A stretch of 64,000 nt of DNA from an uncultured Oscillospiraceae bacterium (GCA_964627295.1 CAZVJJ010000003.1:6022-70021), one strand, 5' to 3'; shown: positions 27,474 through 37,912, counted from the stretch's first letter. Made by a program: numbers and translations. Notes: generated by a model from the letters alone, not told the origin.

Positions 27474-28339
27474 AGCTTCTCGACCCGCTTTTCGTAAACA
27501 TTGTATTCATCCCACACGCGCTCAAGCGCTTCGAGCGTGTCATGCAGTTCACGCTCACGCTTTGACGCGAGATCCACGATCAGCGCATTGACCACGCTCA
27601 GCGGCGCAACAAGGCTATCGACCAGCGATACCATATCGCTCTTTGCCGCAAGCACATGATCGCACACGCTTCCGAGGGGCGACTGGCTGCTATCTGTAAT
27701 GCCGATCACGGTCGCACCCGTCGAGCGAGCATACTGCGCGCCCTTCGTCGTAGATGCCGAGTAGCGCGGGAACGAAAACGCGATCACGACATCTTCTGCG
27801 CCGATGCCAACGATATTTTCAAACATCTCGCCGACGCTGAATCCGCTCACCACGTGCACATTCTGGAACATATAATTTAAGTAATACCCAAGGAAATTCG
27901 CCAGCGGCGCGACTGAGCGCACGCCGAGAATATAAATGCGTCTTGCTTTTAAGATTGCCTGTACCGATGCATTGAACTGCGCACGGTCAAGGGTCTCATT
28001 CGTGCGGCGGAGCTTCTCCATATCCTCATGGATGACCATGGAGAGCACGTCTTGCCCGATGATGCGGTCATTTGCCACCTCGATGCGTTGCACGGAAGTC
28101 AGGCGGTTGAGCACCATCTCCTGCATCGCTTTCTGCATGCTTGGATAACCGTCATAGCCTAAATCAACAGCAAAGCGGACGACCGTCGATTCCGAAACGC
28201 CCGCCGTTTTTGCAAGGCGGTTTGCCGTCATAAACGCCGCTTTATCATAGCTTTCGGTAATGAATTTCGCGATCAAGCGCTGTCCTTTGGAAAATGTGTG
28301 TGCTTTTTCCTGTAGGATGGTCATAATATCACGGTTCAT
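27470..28339 (-). CDS. MurR/RpiR-family transcriptional regulator
   Basis: VSESTVVRFA HTH plus SIS domain (FSFPRY, ITDS..SPL). Confidence 0.92.
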   Translation of the reverse strand: MNRDIMTILQEKAHTFSKGQRLIAKFITESYDKAAFMTANRLAKTAGVSESTVVRFAVDLGYDGYPSMQKAMQEMVLNRLTSVQRIEVANDRIIGQDVLSMVIHEDMEKLRRTNETLDRAQFNASVQAILKARRIYILGVRSVAPLANFLGYYLNYMFQNVHVVSGFSVGEMFENIVGIGAEDVVIAFSFPRYSASTTKGAQYARSTGATVIGITDSSQSPLGSVCDHVLAAKSDMVSLVDSLVAPLSVVNALIVDLASKRERELHDTLEALERVWDEYNVYEKRVEKL

Positions 28340-28426
28340 AATTGCCTCCTATCTTGCGGATCTTCTTTAGGTCAATACTAGCAAATTCGGTCGTTTTTTG
28401 CAAGTAGTAAGACGCATAATTGCAGA

Positions 28427-29137
28427 TTATTTTTCGCTCTGGAGCGATGCGATCTCATCCTGCGTCAGATGTCGCCATTTCCCGCATGCAAGCGTGCCGA
28501 GCTGAAGCGTCCCCTCCTGAATGCGACGCAGGCGCGTCACAGTCATGCCCGCCGCAAGGCACATCCTGCGCACCTGACGGTTGCGCCCCTCGTGGATGGT
28601 GATGCACAGCTTGGCACGTGCGCCCTGTGCTTGTAGGAGCTGGACTGTCGGGGTTTTGATCGTGTAGCCATCGAGCTCGATCGGGCGAAGCAGACGCTTC
28701 TCTGCCCCCGCCGTATAGCCCGTGACCCATGTTTCATAGACCTTATCGACCTCGTGCTTCGGATGCATGAGCCGATCAGCAAATTCGCCATCATTTGTAA
28801 ATAGCAGAAGCCCCTCAGAATCCATATCGAGCCTGCCCACAGGGTACACGCGCACTCCCACATCCTGCACGAGCTGTGCCGCATTTGCCCGCCCCTTTTC
28901 ATCCGAAAGGGTCGTGACATATCCGCGCGGCTTATGTAGCATGATATACACATGGTTTGATCGCGCAGGAAGATGCGCACCATCGACGCAGATCTCATCC
29001 GCATCTGCATCCGCACGATCTCCGAGCGATGCCGTGCGTCCATTGACGGACACACGCCCTGCTTCGATCATCGCTTCTGCCGCGCGGCGGGAGCAGATCC
29101 CGCGCGCGGAAAGTATCTTTTGTAGCCGTTCCTGCAT
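28427..29137 (-). CDS. rluB: rRNA pseudouridine synthase (RluB/RsuA family)
   Basis: S4 domain, VGRLDMDSEGLL, EGRNRQVRRM; scpAB synteny. Confidence 0.9.
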   Translation of the reverse strand: MQERLQKILSARGICSRRAAEAMIEAGRVSVNGRTASLGDRADADADEICVDGAHLPARSNHVYIMLHKPRGYVTTLSDEKGRANAAQLVQDVGVRVYPVGRLDMDSEGLLLFTNDGEFADRLMHPKHEVDKVYETWVTGYTAGAEKRLLRPIELDGYTIKTPTVQLLQAQGARAKLCITIHEGRNRQVRRMCLAAGMTVTRLRRIQEGTLQLGTLACGKWRHLTQDEIASLQSEK

Positions 29138-29139
29138 AA

Positions 29140-30225
29140 TTATTCTCCAAAAAGCTTCTGAAAGAAGTTCTTTTTCTCTATTTTCTCCATTTCGACTGTC
29201 TGCCCATATACGACAGGGATCTTTTCTACCGCATTCCCATCAATGCAGAGGTATACATAGCCTGCATCCGCACCCGAAACGACTGGCGCATACGCAAATT
29301 CGCCACCAGATGCTACAAATGTCACCTGTTCATCCTTTGCCACCGCATACGAAAGATCCTTCGCCGCATGAAGCGTCACGCTTCCCCCTGCACCGCCGAT
29401 GATCTCCCGCGTTCCGAGCACATCGCCCTGTGTCACGAGCGTTTTTACCTCATAGCGGGAAAATCCGTCGCGCATTAGCGCTTGATGGTCATTCCAGTCG
29501 TCGGGGGCATTGATCGTCACCGCGATCAATCTGCGATTTTCGCGCGTCGCGCTGGAAACGAGGATGCGCCCCGCCGCTTTCGTATAGCCTGTTTTCACGC
29601 CATCTGCACCATCGATCATCCACAGGAGCTTATTGTGATTGCGAAGATACCGCTCCCCGACCTTGACTGTTTTCGCGGACACTGTTTTGTAAAAGATCGG
29701 ATCATTCATGGCATACGCTGTCAAGCGTGCTAGGTCGCGTGCTGTCGAGTAATGCGCAGGGGCATCGAGCCCATTGGGGTTTTCAAAATGCGTTCCGCTC
29801 AGCCCCAGTACCGCCGCTTTGTCATTCATCATCTGCACAAATCCCTCGACCGTGCCACCGCAATGAATGGCAAGCGCGACCGCGGCATCGTTTCCCGAGC
29901 TGAGCATCAGCCCATACAGCAGTTCTTGGATCGCCAGCACCTCGCCCTCGCGCAGATACATCGACGACCCCTCGATGCCAACAGCCTCCTTGGGAATGCG
30001 CATTCTGTCGAGAACGTTGGATTGCTCGCACACGACCAGCGCAGTCATGATCTTTGTCGTGCTTGCGATAAGGCTCTTTGTGTCCGCGTCTTTTTCATAG
30101 AGGATACGTCCCGTTGTTGCATCGAGCAAAATCGCCTTTTCTGCGCTGATCGCCTCTGCACGCACGGAAAAAAGCAGGACGGTAGCCAGCAATACAGCCA
30201 CCGTCCTGACGGTCGATCGTTTCAT
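29140..30225 (-). CDS. dacB: D-alanyl-D-alanine carboxypeptidase (S11, DacB-like)
   Basis: STTK (SxxK), SGN, KTG motifs; signal peptide; ytfJ-dacB synteny. Confidence 0.85.
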   Translation of the reverse strand: MKRSTVRTVAVLLATVLLFSVRAEAISAEKAILLDATTGRILYEKDADTKSLIASTTKIMTALVVCEQSNVLDRMRIPKEAVGIEGSSMYLREGEVLAIQELLYGLMLSSGNDAAVALAIHCGGTVEGFVQMMNDKAAVLGLSGTHFENPNGLDAPAHYSTARDLARLTAYAMNDPIFYKTVSAKTVKVGERYLRNHNKLLWMIDGADGVKTGYTKAAGRILVSSATRENRRLIAVTINAPDDWNDHQALMRDGFSRYEVKTLVTQGDVLGTREIIGGAGGSVTLHAAKDLSYAVAKDEQVTFVASGGEFAYAPVVSGADAGYVYLCIDGNAVEKIPVVYGQTVEMEKIEKKNFFQKLFGE

Positions 30226-30264
30226 ATGCTTCACCCAAAGGAAGCATCCCCCGAATGAATGAAA

Positions 30265-30642
30265 TTATTCTCCCTTTTTCGTGTGGCTGTCGATAAAGCT
30301 TGCGATCTTATCGAGCGTGTCGGGGACCATTTCCACAATGCGGTCTGCGGTCGTATCCGCAGGCGCGGCAACGGGTAGCATACGCACATTCCCATCTTTC
30401 ACGACCAAGAAGCAGATGGGCACGACTTTCACGCCACCGCCAGCACCGCCGCCAAAGGCATCGTTTGCAGAATTCGCAAAGTCGCTTCCACCGCCGCCGA
30501 AGCCGACGCTCACCTTCGATACAGGAATGATGGTCACGCCGTCAGGGGTCGTGATGGGCTCACCGATCACGGAATTCACATCCACCATTTCGCGGATCTT
30601 TGCGATCGTTTTTTCAAGCATATTAGGAACATTTTGGCTCAT
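30265..30642 (-). CDS. ytfJ: Sporulation/germination protein YtfJ (GerW)
   Basis: VDVNSVIGEPI..IIPVSKVSVGFGGGG..FGGGAGGG. Confidence 0.92.
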   Translation of the reverse strand: MSQNVPNMLEKTIAKIREMVDVNSVIGEPITTPDGVTIIPVSKVSVGFGGGGSDFANSANDAFGGGAGGGVKVVPICFLVVKDGNVRMLPVAAPADTTADRIVEMVPDTLDKIASFIDSHTKKGE

Positions 30643-31258
30643 TTTCCGCACTCGCTTTCCTTTTTTTGTTAATTTTCAAATATTCTCGTAATGCACGCAC
30701 GCCATAGCGCACAAAAATCACTACCATTCGTCCAACTGTGATCGTCAGCTCTGCGCCCGCCAGCACCGTCGTTTCATCCGCGCAGAAATCGCATTCGATG
30801 TTGATATCGCGCTTTCGGATCACGATCACGCGCTCGAGCACAGGGAGAAAATTCCCCATTGCCGCGCAGGCTTTTCCATAGTTCTGCGCAAGATCGCACG
30901 GGTCATCGCCCGCAAGGATGATTTTTAGCTTCAAATGATCCACGCGCAGTTTTTTTCGGAAATCATTCAGAAAATCAAGCGCCACGCGCACAAGTGGCAG
31001 AAAATCCGTCAGCTTTCCACCCTTTTTTTCGGGCGATGCAGGTGGCTCTGTCGGGAGCACTTTTTCCGTTTTCTTTTCCGCTTTTTTCTTTTTTGGCGCG
31101 TTCTTCTGCTTTTTCTTTCGCGCTGGCAGAATGCGGAGCTTGATACGCCAAATGAGCACCGCAAGGTACACGCCGTCCGAATCATACGAAAAGCGCACAC
31201 CAACGGGGATCAGCGCGAGGATGACGAGCACCGCTAGGACGATCCCGAGGGCGATCAT
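30623..31258 (-). CDS. DUF2953 (YtfI-like) membrane-anchored protein
   Basis: N-terminal TM, Lys-rich linker, DP..LA..YG motif; directly upstream of ytfJ. Confidence 0.8.
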   Translation of the reverse strand: MIALGIVLAVLVILALIPVGVRFSYDSDGVYLAVLIWRIKLRILPARKKKQKNAPKKKKAEKKTEKVLPTEPPASPEKKGGKLTDFLPLVRVALDFLNDFRKKLRVDHLKLKIILAGDDPCDLAQNYGKACAAMGNFLPVLERVIVIRKRDINIECDFCADETTVLAGAELTITVGRMVVIFVRYGVRALREYLKINKKRKASAENEPKCS

Positions 31259-31821
31259 TTCTGCTCCTCCGCCTGCGGCTGCTCAGGTAGCTCAACAGGT
31301 TCACCGAACGAGATCTTCTCGATTGGGGGCAGTTCTTCGAGTGAACTCAGTCCAAAGGTACGCAAAAAATCGGGAGTCGTTCGGTACTGAATGGGTCGTC
31401 CAGGCACGTTCAAGCGTCCTGCTTCCTCGATCAGCTTTTTATTCATAAGCGCCGCGACAGAATAAGAGCTATCCACACCACGGATCTGCTCGACCATGGC
31501 TTTCGTCGCAGGCTGATAATAGGCAATGATCGTAAGCGCCTCAAGCTGAGAGGAAGAAAGTTTCGGTGGCTTGCGCGTTTCGAGCGCGCGCGTAACATAG
31601 TCAGCCATTTCGCCCGAGGATACCATCTGATATCCCTTTTCGAGCTTCAAAATACGAATACCTCGCCTAGAAAAGGCAAGTTTGCCCGCAAGTTCATCCG
31701 TCGCCGCAATGATATCCGCCTCATCCGTTTCGAGTACCGCCGCAAGGCGCGAAATTTCGATGCGTTCGCCTGCGGCAAACAGGATCGCCTCAATGGCTCT
31801 GCACAGTTCTTCCTTATCCAT
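31255..31821 (-). CDS. scpB: SMC-Scp complex subunit ScpB
   Basis: IEAILFAAG, LE.LTIIAY.QP.T, IRGV, PGRP..Y.TT..FL..FGL. Confidence 0.96.
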   Translation of the reverse strand: MDKEELCRAIEAILFAAGERIEISRLAAVLETDEADIIAATDELAGKLAFSRRGIRILKLEKGYQMVSSGEMADYVTRALETRKPPKLSSSQLEALTIIAYYQPATKAMVEQIRGVDSSYSVAALMNKKLIEEAGRLNVPGRPIQYRTTPDFLRTFGLSSLEELPPIEKISFGEPVELPEQPQAEEQK

Positions 31822-32603
31822 CAGGTCAACTCCCTTTCTTCAAGCAGGCGGACATTGGGATTGTCGCCATTGATATCATCCTCGAGTGTCACAGAATTTG
31901 TTTTACATAGATCGAGCACAGCAAGGAAAGTCGCCACGATCTCCGAGCGGCTCTTGTTGCCACGGAAGAGATTTTTCAGTCGCTCCACGCCACGAAGCAC
32001 GAGTTGGCGCATCACTTCCACCGTTTTCCTGCCGATGGGGTACGGCTCTTTGCCGACAATGCCCTTAAAATTCATGGTCGGTGGCGGCAGTTGGCGTTTG
32101 TTTCGCTCTGCGATGGCATCGAGCGCTTTAAGAAGATCGAGCGGTTCATGCTTATAGCGATAGGTCTGGTCACGACGAAGCGGCTCAGGCTCTTTCGTGA
32201 AGATACAGCGGCCGATCTCATTTCGCGGTTCAAGCACCGTGATCGCATTGCGGATCTGCTCCATCGCTTCCTTGCGCTGTCGATCGATGAGGCTCTGGCG
32301 CAGAAGATCAAGTTCACTTTCCGCCTCCGCCTGCTCAGCCGCAGACAGGAGCATCTTCGTCTTGATAAGCATCAAATGCGATGCCATCGTGATAAACTCA
32401 CTTGCGATCTCCATATCCAGACGCTTCATCTCATCGAGATATGCTAAATACTGTTCCAAGATTGCTGTGATGGACACGTCCTGGATCTCGATCTTATTTT
32501 TGCTCAAAAGCGTAAAAATAACATCGAGCGGACCTTCAAAATCCTCCATTTCCTCACTTCTGGTATGGACGATCCCCTCCAGCCGATATTGCGGTTCTCC
32601 CAT
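31821..32603 (-). CDS. scpA: Segregation/condensation protein ScpA
   Basis: FEGPLD, ASEFITMA..L..IK, FLAVLDL. Confidence 0.95.
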   Translation of the reverse strand: MGEPQYRLEGIVHTRSEEMEDFEGPLDVIFTLLSKNKIEIQDVSITAILEQYLAYLDEMKRLDMEIASEFITMASHLMLIKTKMLLSAAEQAEAESELDLLRQSLIDRQRKEAMEQIRNAITVLEPRNEIGRCIFTKEPEPLRRDQTYRYKHEPLDLLKALDAIAERNKRQLPPPTMNFKGIVGKEPYPIGRKTVEVMRQLVLRGVERLKNLFRGNKSRSEIVATFLAVLDLCKTNSVTLEDDINGDNPNVRLLEERELT

Positions 32604-32738
32604 AATGGCACATTTCACCTTTTAATAAACATACTTTGAAGTATTATACCATCCTTTTTATCCTTGCGCAAGCCTTAACTGAAAATTTGCCACAGAAATT
32701 GAAAATAGTGAATTCCGTGATTTTATAACACCCAGCTA

Positions 32739-32767
32739 TTGACATACGAGGTGGAATAATTTATAAT
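32739..32767 (+). promoter_or_regulatory. Consensus sigma-A promoter of the abrB-like/ynbB/DMT operon
   Basis: TTGACA-17bp-TATAAT, exact consensus. Confidence 0.85.
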
Positions 32768-32810
32768 ACAGCGGTGTGAAAAATATGAAAAATGTGAAAG
32801 AAGGGGTTCA

Positions 32811-33050
32811 ATGCCTGGAGGCAAGCACATTCTTGGTAAGCAGAGCGCGCAGCGGGTATTTGGGACGGCGAAAGTTGGCGATCGTGGGCAGATCGTGATC
32901 CCAAAGGAAGCGCGTGAGCTTTTTGGCATCAAGGCAGGCGACACGCTACTGATCCTTGGTGAGGCAGAGACTGGTTTGATCGTTTCGCGCCCCGAGGTAC
33001 TGAACGATCTTGCAAACGAAATACTCAATAACGTAAAAAAAGAGGATTAA
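32811..33050 (+). CDS. AbrB/MazE/SpoVT-family DNA-binding protein
   Basis: KVGDRGQIVIPKEARELFGIKAGD. Confidence 0.9.
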   Translation: MPGGKHILGKQSAQRVFGTAKVGDRGQIVIPKEARELFGIKAGDTLLILGEAETGLIVSRPEVLNDLANEILNNVKKED

Positions 33051-33052
33051 AC

Positions 33053-34336
33053 ATGGAACAATTACTGGAACTTTACAACGGCATGGGCATCTCCCCCGCC
33101 GTGTATCACTATGGCGAGACGACACTCGAAAAACTGCGCAAGCGCTTTGATGAGATCGATAAGATCGCCGAATACAATCAGGCAAAGGTGCTTTCTGCCA
33201 TGCAGAAAAACCGCGTATCCGTCGCGTGCTTTGCGACCTCCACAGGATACGGCTACGACGACTACGGCCGCGACAATCTCGAGCGCGTTTATGCCGATGT
33301 TTTCCACACGGAATCTGCCCTCGTTCGTCCGCAGATCACCTGCGGCACGCACGCGCTGACCATCGCGCTCAGCGCAAATCTCCTGCCAGGGGACGAGCTT
33401 CTCAGCCCCGTGGGTCTTCCCTATGACACACTTCAAGAAGTGATCGGCATTCGCCCCTCCCCCTGCTCACTTGCTGAATACGGCGTGAGCTACAAGCAGG
33501 TCGATCTTTTGCCCGACGGCAGTTTTGACTACGAAAACATCAAAAAGGCGATCACCCCGAAAACGAAGATGGTCACGATCCAGCGCTCAAAGGGCTATGC
33601 GACCCGCCCGACATTCTCTGTCACCCAGATCGGCGAACTGATCGCATTTTGCAAATCCTGCAAGAGCGACATTCTTGTAATGGTCGATAACTGCTATGGC
33701 GAATTCGTCGAAACGATCGAGCCGAGCGATGTCGGTGCAGATATGACGGTCGGTAGCCTCATCAAGAATCCTGGTGGTGGTCTTGCCCCCATCGGCGGAT
33801 ATATCGCAGGCAAGCAGGAATGCATCGATCGCTGTGCATATCGCCTCTCCGCCCCCGGTCTTGGCAAGGAAGTTGGCGCGAACCTTGGCCTGATGAGCTC
33901 CCTTTATCAGGGCTTCTTCCTCGCACCGACGGTAACGGCTGGTGCAGAAAAGGGCGCAATTTTTGCCGCGAATCTCTATGAGCCCCTTGGCTTCCGCTGT
34001 GTGCCGAATGCGACGGAAAGCCGTCACGACATCATTCAGGCTGTCGAACTTGGTAGCGAGGAAGGCATGGTCGCATTCTGCAAGGGCATTCAGGCGGCAG
34101 CGCCCGTCGATTCCTTTGCAACGCCGTGGCCGAGCGAAATGCCTGGATATAACGACAAGGTCATTATGGCGGCTGGTGCATTCGTGCAGGGTAGCTCCAT
34201 CGAGCTTTCCGCCGACGGTCCGATCCGTCCGCCCTACGCGGTCTATTTCCAAGGCGGACTTACGTGGTATCATGCAAAACTCGGTATCCTCAACAGTCTA
34301 CAAAAAATGGTCGATGCTGGCCTTGTAACGCTCTAA
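33053..34336 (+). CDS. YnbB-like PLP enzyme (methionine gamma-lyase / 'aluminium resistance' family)
   Basis: STGYGYDD.GRD, GTHAL, DNCYGEF, GSLIKNPGGG, GSSIELSADGP. Confidence 0.9.
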   Translation: MEQLLELYNGMGISPAVYHYGETTLEKLRKRFDEIDKIAEYNQAKVLSAMQKNRVSVACFATSTGYGYDDYGRDNLERVYADVFHTESALVRPQITCGTHALTIALSANLLPGDELLSPVGLPYDTLQEVIGIRPSPCSLAEYGVSYKQVDLLPDGSFDYENIKKAITPKTKMVTIQRSKGYATRPTFSVTQIGELIAFCKSCKSDILVMVDNCYGEFVETIEPSDVGADMTVGSLIKNPGGGLAPIGGYIAGKQECIDRCAYRLSAPGLGKEVGANLGLMSSLYQGFFLAPTVTAGAEKGAIFAANLYEPLGFRCVPNATESRHDIIQAVELGSEEGMVAFCKGIQAAAPVDSFATPWPSEMPGYNDKVIMAAGAFVQGSSIELSADGPIRPPYAVYFQGGLTWYHAKLGILNSLQKMVDAGLVTL

Positions 34337-34356
34337 GATAAAGGAGAGAAAGAAAT

Positions 34357-35277
34357 ATGTCTTGGTTATTTTTTGCGATCGTCACCACACTTCTGTGGGG
34401 TTGCGCAGAACTTTTCTATAAAAAGGGTGCGCGTCCCGAGGAAAAATACGCCCATCTAAAGATCTGCGTCTGTGTGGGCGGTGTCATGGGTCTGCACGCC
34501 ATTTACACCCTGCTGACGAAAGATATTCATTACGATCCCATCAACCTCATTTACTATCTGCCCGTGTCGCTGATGTATATCATCTCCATGGCGTTCTCTT
34601 ATTTTGGTATGCGCTTTTTGGAGGAATCCATCTCTGACCCCATTGAGAACACCTCTGGTGCGATTTGCAGTCTGCTTTGCGTTCTGATCCTGAAAGAATC
34701 CCTCTCTCCCCTCTCGATCGTGGCGATCCTCGTGATCGTAGTCGGTGTGCTCGGTGTCGGATTCATCGAAAACAGCGGTGAAACGCAGAGAAAGCGCACG
34801 CTCGGCAAAAAACTCGCGATCGTCGCATTCTGTATGCCGTTCGTTTATGCAACGCTCGATGCATTCGGAAGCTTCTTGGATGTGTTCTATCTGGACGATT
34901 TTGCCACGACCCCGCTCGTTGGCGTGACGGAAGCAACGCTCGAGGATGTGGCAAATACGAGCTACGAGCTCACTTTTGCCATCTGCGCGATCATCCTCTT
35001 CGTATTCATGAAAGCGAAAAAGGTCGAGTTTGGCTCTCTTCCCCGCCAGAAAGACAAGCTCCTTGCCGCTGTATTTGAAACTGCTGGACAGTTTACATAC
35101 GTCTATGCCATGAGCGGAAACGGCGCGATCGCCGCTCCCATCATCTCCTCCGTCTGCATCGTTTCGCTTCTGCTTTCCCGCATTTTCCTGAAAGAGAAGC
35201 TGAGCAAGAAGACATATGCATTCATCGCCATCGTGATCTTTGGCATCCTGCTTCTTGCTGTCGCAGAAGAACTTTGA
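34357..35277 (+). CDS. DMT/EamA-family transporter
   Basis: About 10 TM helices in two repeats, each ending ..LKE.LS. Confidence 0.82.
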   Translation: MSWLFFAIVTTLLWGCAELFYKKGARPEEKYAHLKICVCVGGVMGLHAIYTLLTKDIHYDPINLIYYLPVSLMYIISMAFSYFGMRFLEESISDPIENTSGAICSLLCVLILKESLSPLSIVAILVIVVGVLGVGFIENSGETQRKRTLGKKLAIVAFCMPFVYATLDAFGSFLDVFYLDDFATTPLVGVTEATLEDVANTSYELTFAICAIILFVFMKAKKVEFGSLPRQKDKLLAAVFETAGQFTYVYAMSGNGAIAAPIISSVCIVSLLLSRIFLKEKLSKKTYAFIAIVIFGILLLAVAEEL

Positions 35278-35292
35278 TATCTAATATAACGC

Positions 35293-35330
35293 AAAAACAA
35301 TGGCAGTTCGCGCGAACTGCCATTGTTTTT
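35293..35330. terminator. Bidirectional terminator (perfect 38-bp palindrome)
   Basis: AAAAACAATGGCAGTTCGC|GCGAACTGCCATTGTTTTT between convergent operons. Confidence 0.88.
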
Positions 35331-35485
35331 TATCCATTTTCCGAATGCATCTGACCGCATGTGCCACAATTTCCTGAGCAACCGCTACAGCCACAGCATT
35401 TCCCGCTTTTTGCACTTTTTCTCAGGGAGCGGATCGCAAAGAACACGCATACACCGATCACCGCAAGAACGATCACATCTCCCAT
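35330..35485 (-). CDS. FeoB-associated Cys-rich small membrane protein
   Basis: 51 aa: TM then CCGCSGCSGNCGTC, immediately after feoB. Confidence 0.85.
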   Translation of the reverse strand: MGDVIVLAVIGVCVFFAIRSLRKSAKSGKCCGCSGCSGNCGTCGQMHSENG

Positions 35486-35486
35486 A

Positions 35487-37673
35487 TCAAGCCCCCACTT
35501 TGTCGCGAAGCGGCGTGCCGTCGTGCTCATTCTGATATCCTTTGCGGAACACCAGATACACAAGAAGCGCAAGCACAGCCACCGCGGCAATGGTAAATAC
35601 GCTAAAGCTTGCTTCTCCAGTAATAAACCCACCAAGCTGATAGACGATCAGGCTGATCGCATACGCAAATGCGCACATATAGCCAATGGTGATCGCTGTC
35701 CATTTTCCGCTGCCCATCTCCTGCTTGATCGCACCGATCGCGGCGAAGCAAGGTGCGCAAAGGAGCTGGAAGATCATGAAACTGTATGCCGTGACAGCGC
35801 CAAAATCAGATGCGATCATTGCCCAGATCTCATCGCCATTCTCGCTGAGTTCCCCTGCGAAATTGTAGAGCGTGCCAAAGGTCATAACGACCTCTTCTTT
35901 CGCGATCAGACCTGTGAACGTTGCAACCGTTGCTTTCCATGCCATATCGCCCATCCAGCCGAGCGGATAGAAGATCCACGCGATCGCGTTGCCGATATAA
36001 GCGATGAGGCTATGATTCGCATCTTCGACTGCACCAAATGTACCGCCCGTAAAGCCGTAGCTCTTTAAGAACCAGAGCACGATCGAGCTGAGCAGGACGA
36101 TGGTGAACGCACGCTTGACGAAGTCCCATCCGCGATTTCCCGTCGAGCGCAGAACATTGCGCGCAGAGGGCATATGGTACGTCGGAAGTTCCATAACGAA
36201 CGGCGCAGGTTTTCCTGCAAATGCCTTGAATTTTTTTAGGATCACGCCAGAGATCACGACCGATGCAACACCGATAAAAAATGCAGAAACTGCCACGAGC
36301 GGGGAATTGCCGAACACAGCACCCGCAAACAAGCCGATGATCGGCATTTTCGCACCGCAGGGAATGAATCCCGTGGTCATAACGGTGATCTTGCGGTCAT
36401 TTTCCTGCTCGATGGTACGGCTAGCAAGGATTCCAGGGACACCGCATCCCGTCGCAACGAGCATAGGAATGATAGACTTGCCAGAAAGGCCAAATTTGCG
36501 CAGGATGCGATCCATAATGAACGCGACGCGGGACATATAGCCGACATCCTCGAGGATCGACAGCAGCAAGCTGAGCACAAGGATCTGCGGGACGAAGCCA
36601 AGAACGGCTCCAACGCCCGCAACGATGCCATCCATGATGAGCCCGTAGAGCCAACCGCTGACGTGGAGCGAGGTAAGGATCCAGTCCATCGCGTTCGGGA
36701 CCCATGTTCCAAACAGAACATCATTCGCCCAGTCGGTCGCACGCGTGCCGATCGACCACGGATAGCTTCCCATCGCAATGGCGTACATCAGGTACATCAC
36801 GAGCGCAAAAATCGGTAGCGCAAGGATGCGGTCTGTCACGATGCGGTCGATCTTATCCGAAAGCGTGAGCGCGTGCTTCGGCGCTTTCTTCTGAAATGCC
36901 TTGCGAACGACATTTCCGATGTATGTATAGCGCTGATCGGCGATGATGCTCTCTGCATCATCGTCAAGCTCCCTTTCACAATCGGTGATATGCTTCTCCA
37001 GATGCGCGATCACGTCGTCGCCCAATGCGACCTCTTCACGCACACGCTCATCGCGCTCAAAGAGTTTGATGGCAAACCAGCGCAAATAATGATCCGCGAC
37101 TTTTCCCTCGATAGATTCCTCGATATGCGCGATCGCGTGCTCGACGCTACCGCCGAAAACATGTGGCATCTCCCCATGCGTGTGGTTACGCGCCAAAATG
37201 ACCGCCTGCTGTGCCGCTTCCATACAGCCCTCGCCTTTGAGCGCGCTGATCTCCACGCAGACGCATCCGAGCGCTTTGCCGAGTTTCTCGAGATCGACGG
37301 TATCGCCATTTTTCCGCACCAAATCGATCATATTTACCGCGATAACGACGGGGTGTCCAAGTTCGATGAGCTGGGTCGTTAAATAGAGATTTCGCTCGAT
37401 GTTCGTGCCGTCCACGATATTGATGATGGCATCGGGGTGCTCCTGCACGAGATAGCGGCGCGTCACGACCTCCTCTGGCGAATAAGGCGAGAGAGAATAG
37501 ATGCCAGGAAGGTCTTGGATCACGACATCGTCCATCCCTTTGAGCGTGCCCTCTTTCTTTTCCACGGTGACACCGGGCCAGTTGCCGACATATTGGTTCG
37601 AGCCTGTCAGAATATTGAATAAGGTGGTTTTTCCGCAGTTCGGATTGCCCGCAAGTGCGATTTTGATAGCCAT
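35487..37673 (-). CDS. feoB: Ferrous iron transport protein B
   Basis: GNPNCGKT, VGNWPGVTVE, DLPGIYSL, NMID, Gate motifs (GC.VP, PC.AK, FVMELP.Y). Confidence 0.97.
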   Translation of the reverse strand: MAIKIALAGNPNCGKTTLFNILTGSNQYVGNWPGVTVEKKEGTLKGMDDVVIQDLPGIYSLSPYSPEEVVTRRYLVQEHPDAIINIVDGTNIERNLYLTTQLIELGHPVVIAVNMIDLVRKNGDTVDLEKLGKALGCVCVEISALKGEGCMEAAQQAVILARNHTHGEMPHVFGGSVEHAIAHIEESIEGKVADHYLRWFAIKLFERDERVREEVALGDDVIAHLEKHITDCERELDDDAESIIADQRYTYIGNVVRKAFQKKAPKHALTLSDKIDRIVTDRILALPIFALVMYLMYAIAMGSYPWSIGTRATDWANDVLFGTWVPNAMDWILTSLHVSGWLYGLIMDGIVAGVGAVLGFVPQILVLSLLLSILEDVGYMSRVAFIMDRILRKFGLSGKSIIPMLVATGCGVPGILASRTIEQENDRKITVMTTGFIPCGAKMPIIGLFAGAVFGNSPLVAVSAFFIGVASVVISGVILKKFKAFAGKPAPFVMELPTYHMPSARNVLRSTGNRGWDFVKRAFTIVLLSSIVLWFLKSYGFTGGTFGAVEDANHSLIAYIGNAIAWIFYPLGWMGDMAWKATVATFTGLIAKEEVVMTFGTLYNFAGELSENGDEIWAMIASDFGAVTAYSFMIFQLLCAPCFAAIGAIKQEMGSGKWTAITIGYMCAFAYAISLIVYQLGGFITGEASFSVFTIAAVAVLALLVYLVFRKGYQNEHDGTPLRDKVGA

Positions 37674-37690
37674 TTCAGCGCTCCCCTTTC

Positions 37691-37912
37691 TTACAGTATC
37701 TCGATCATCTGCGCATCTGCTTTGCGCAGGCTCAGCTCGTAGCCACGCACATTGATCTCAATGGGATCGCCAAGCGGCGCGACCTTGCGAATGAAGATCT
37801 CGACCCCTTTTGTGATGCCCATATCCATGATGCGGCGGCGAACTGCGCCCTCACCATGCAATTTTACGACCGTCACGACCTGACCGATTTTTGCATCTTT
37901 CAATGTTTTCAT
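37691..37912 (-). CDS. feoA: Ferrous iron transport protein A
   Basis: RRIMDMGIT.G..APLGDPIE..VRGYELSLRK. Confidence 0.96.
   Translation of the reverse strand: MKTLKDAKIGQVVTVVKLHGEGAVRRRIMDMGITKGVEIFIRKVAPLGDPIEINVRGYELSLRKADAQMIEIL

Noticed and set aside
32811-33050. AbrB/MazE gene as the antitoxin of a TA module
   Set aside because: The downstream gene is a 427-aa PLP enzyme, not a toxin.
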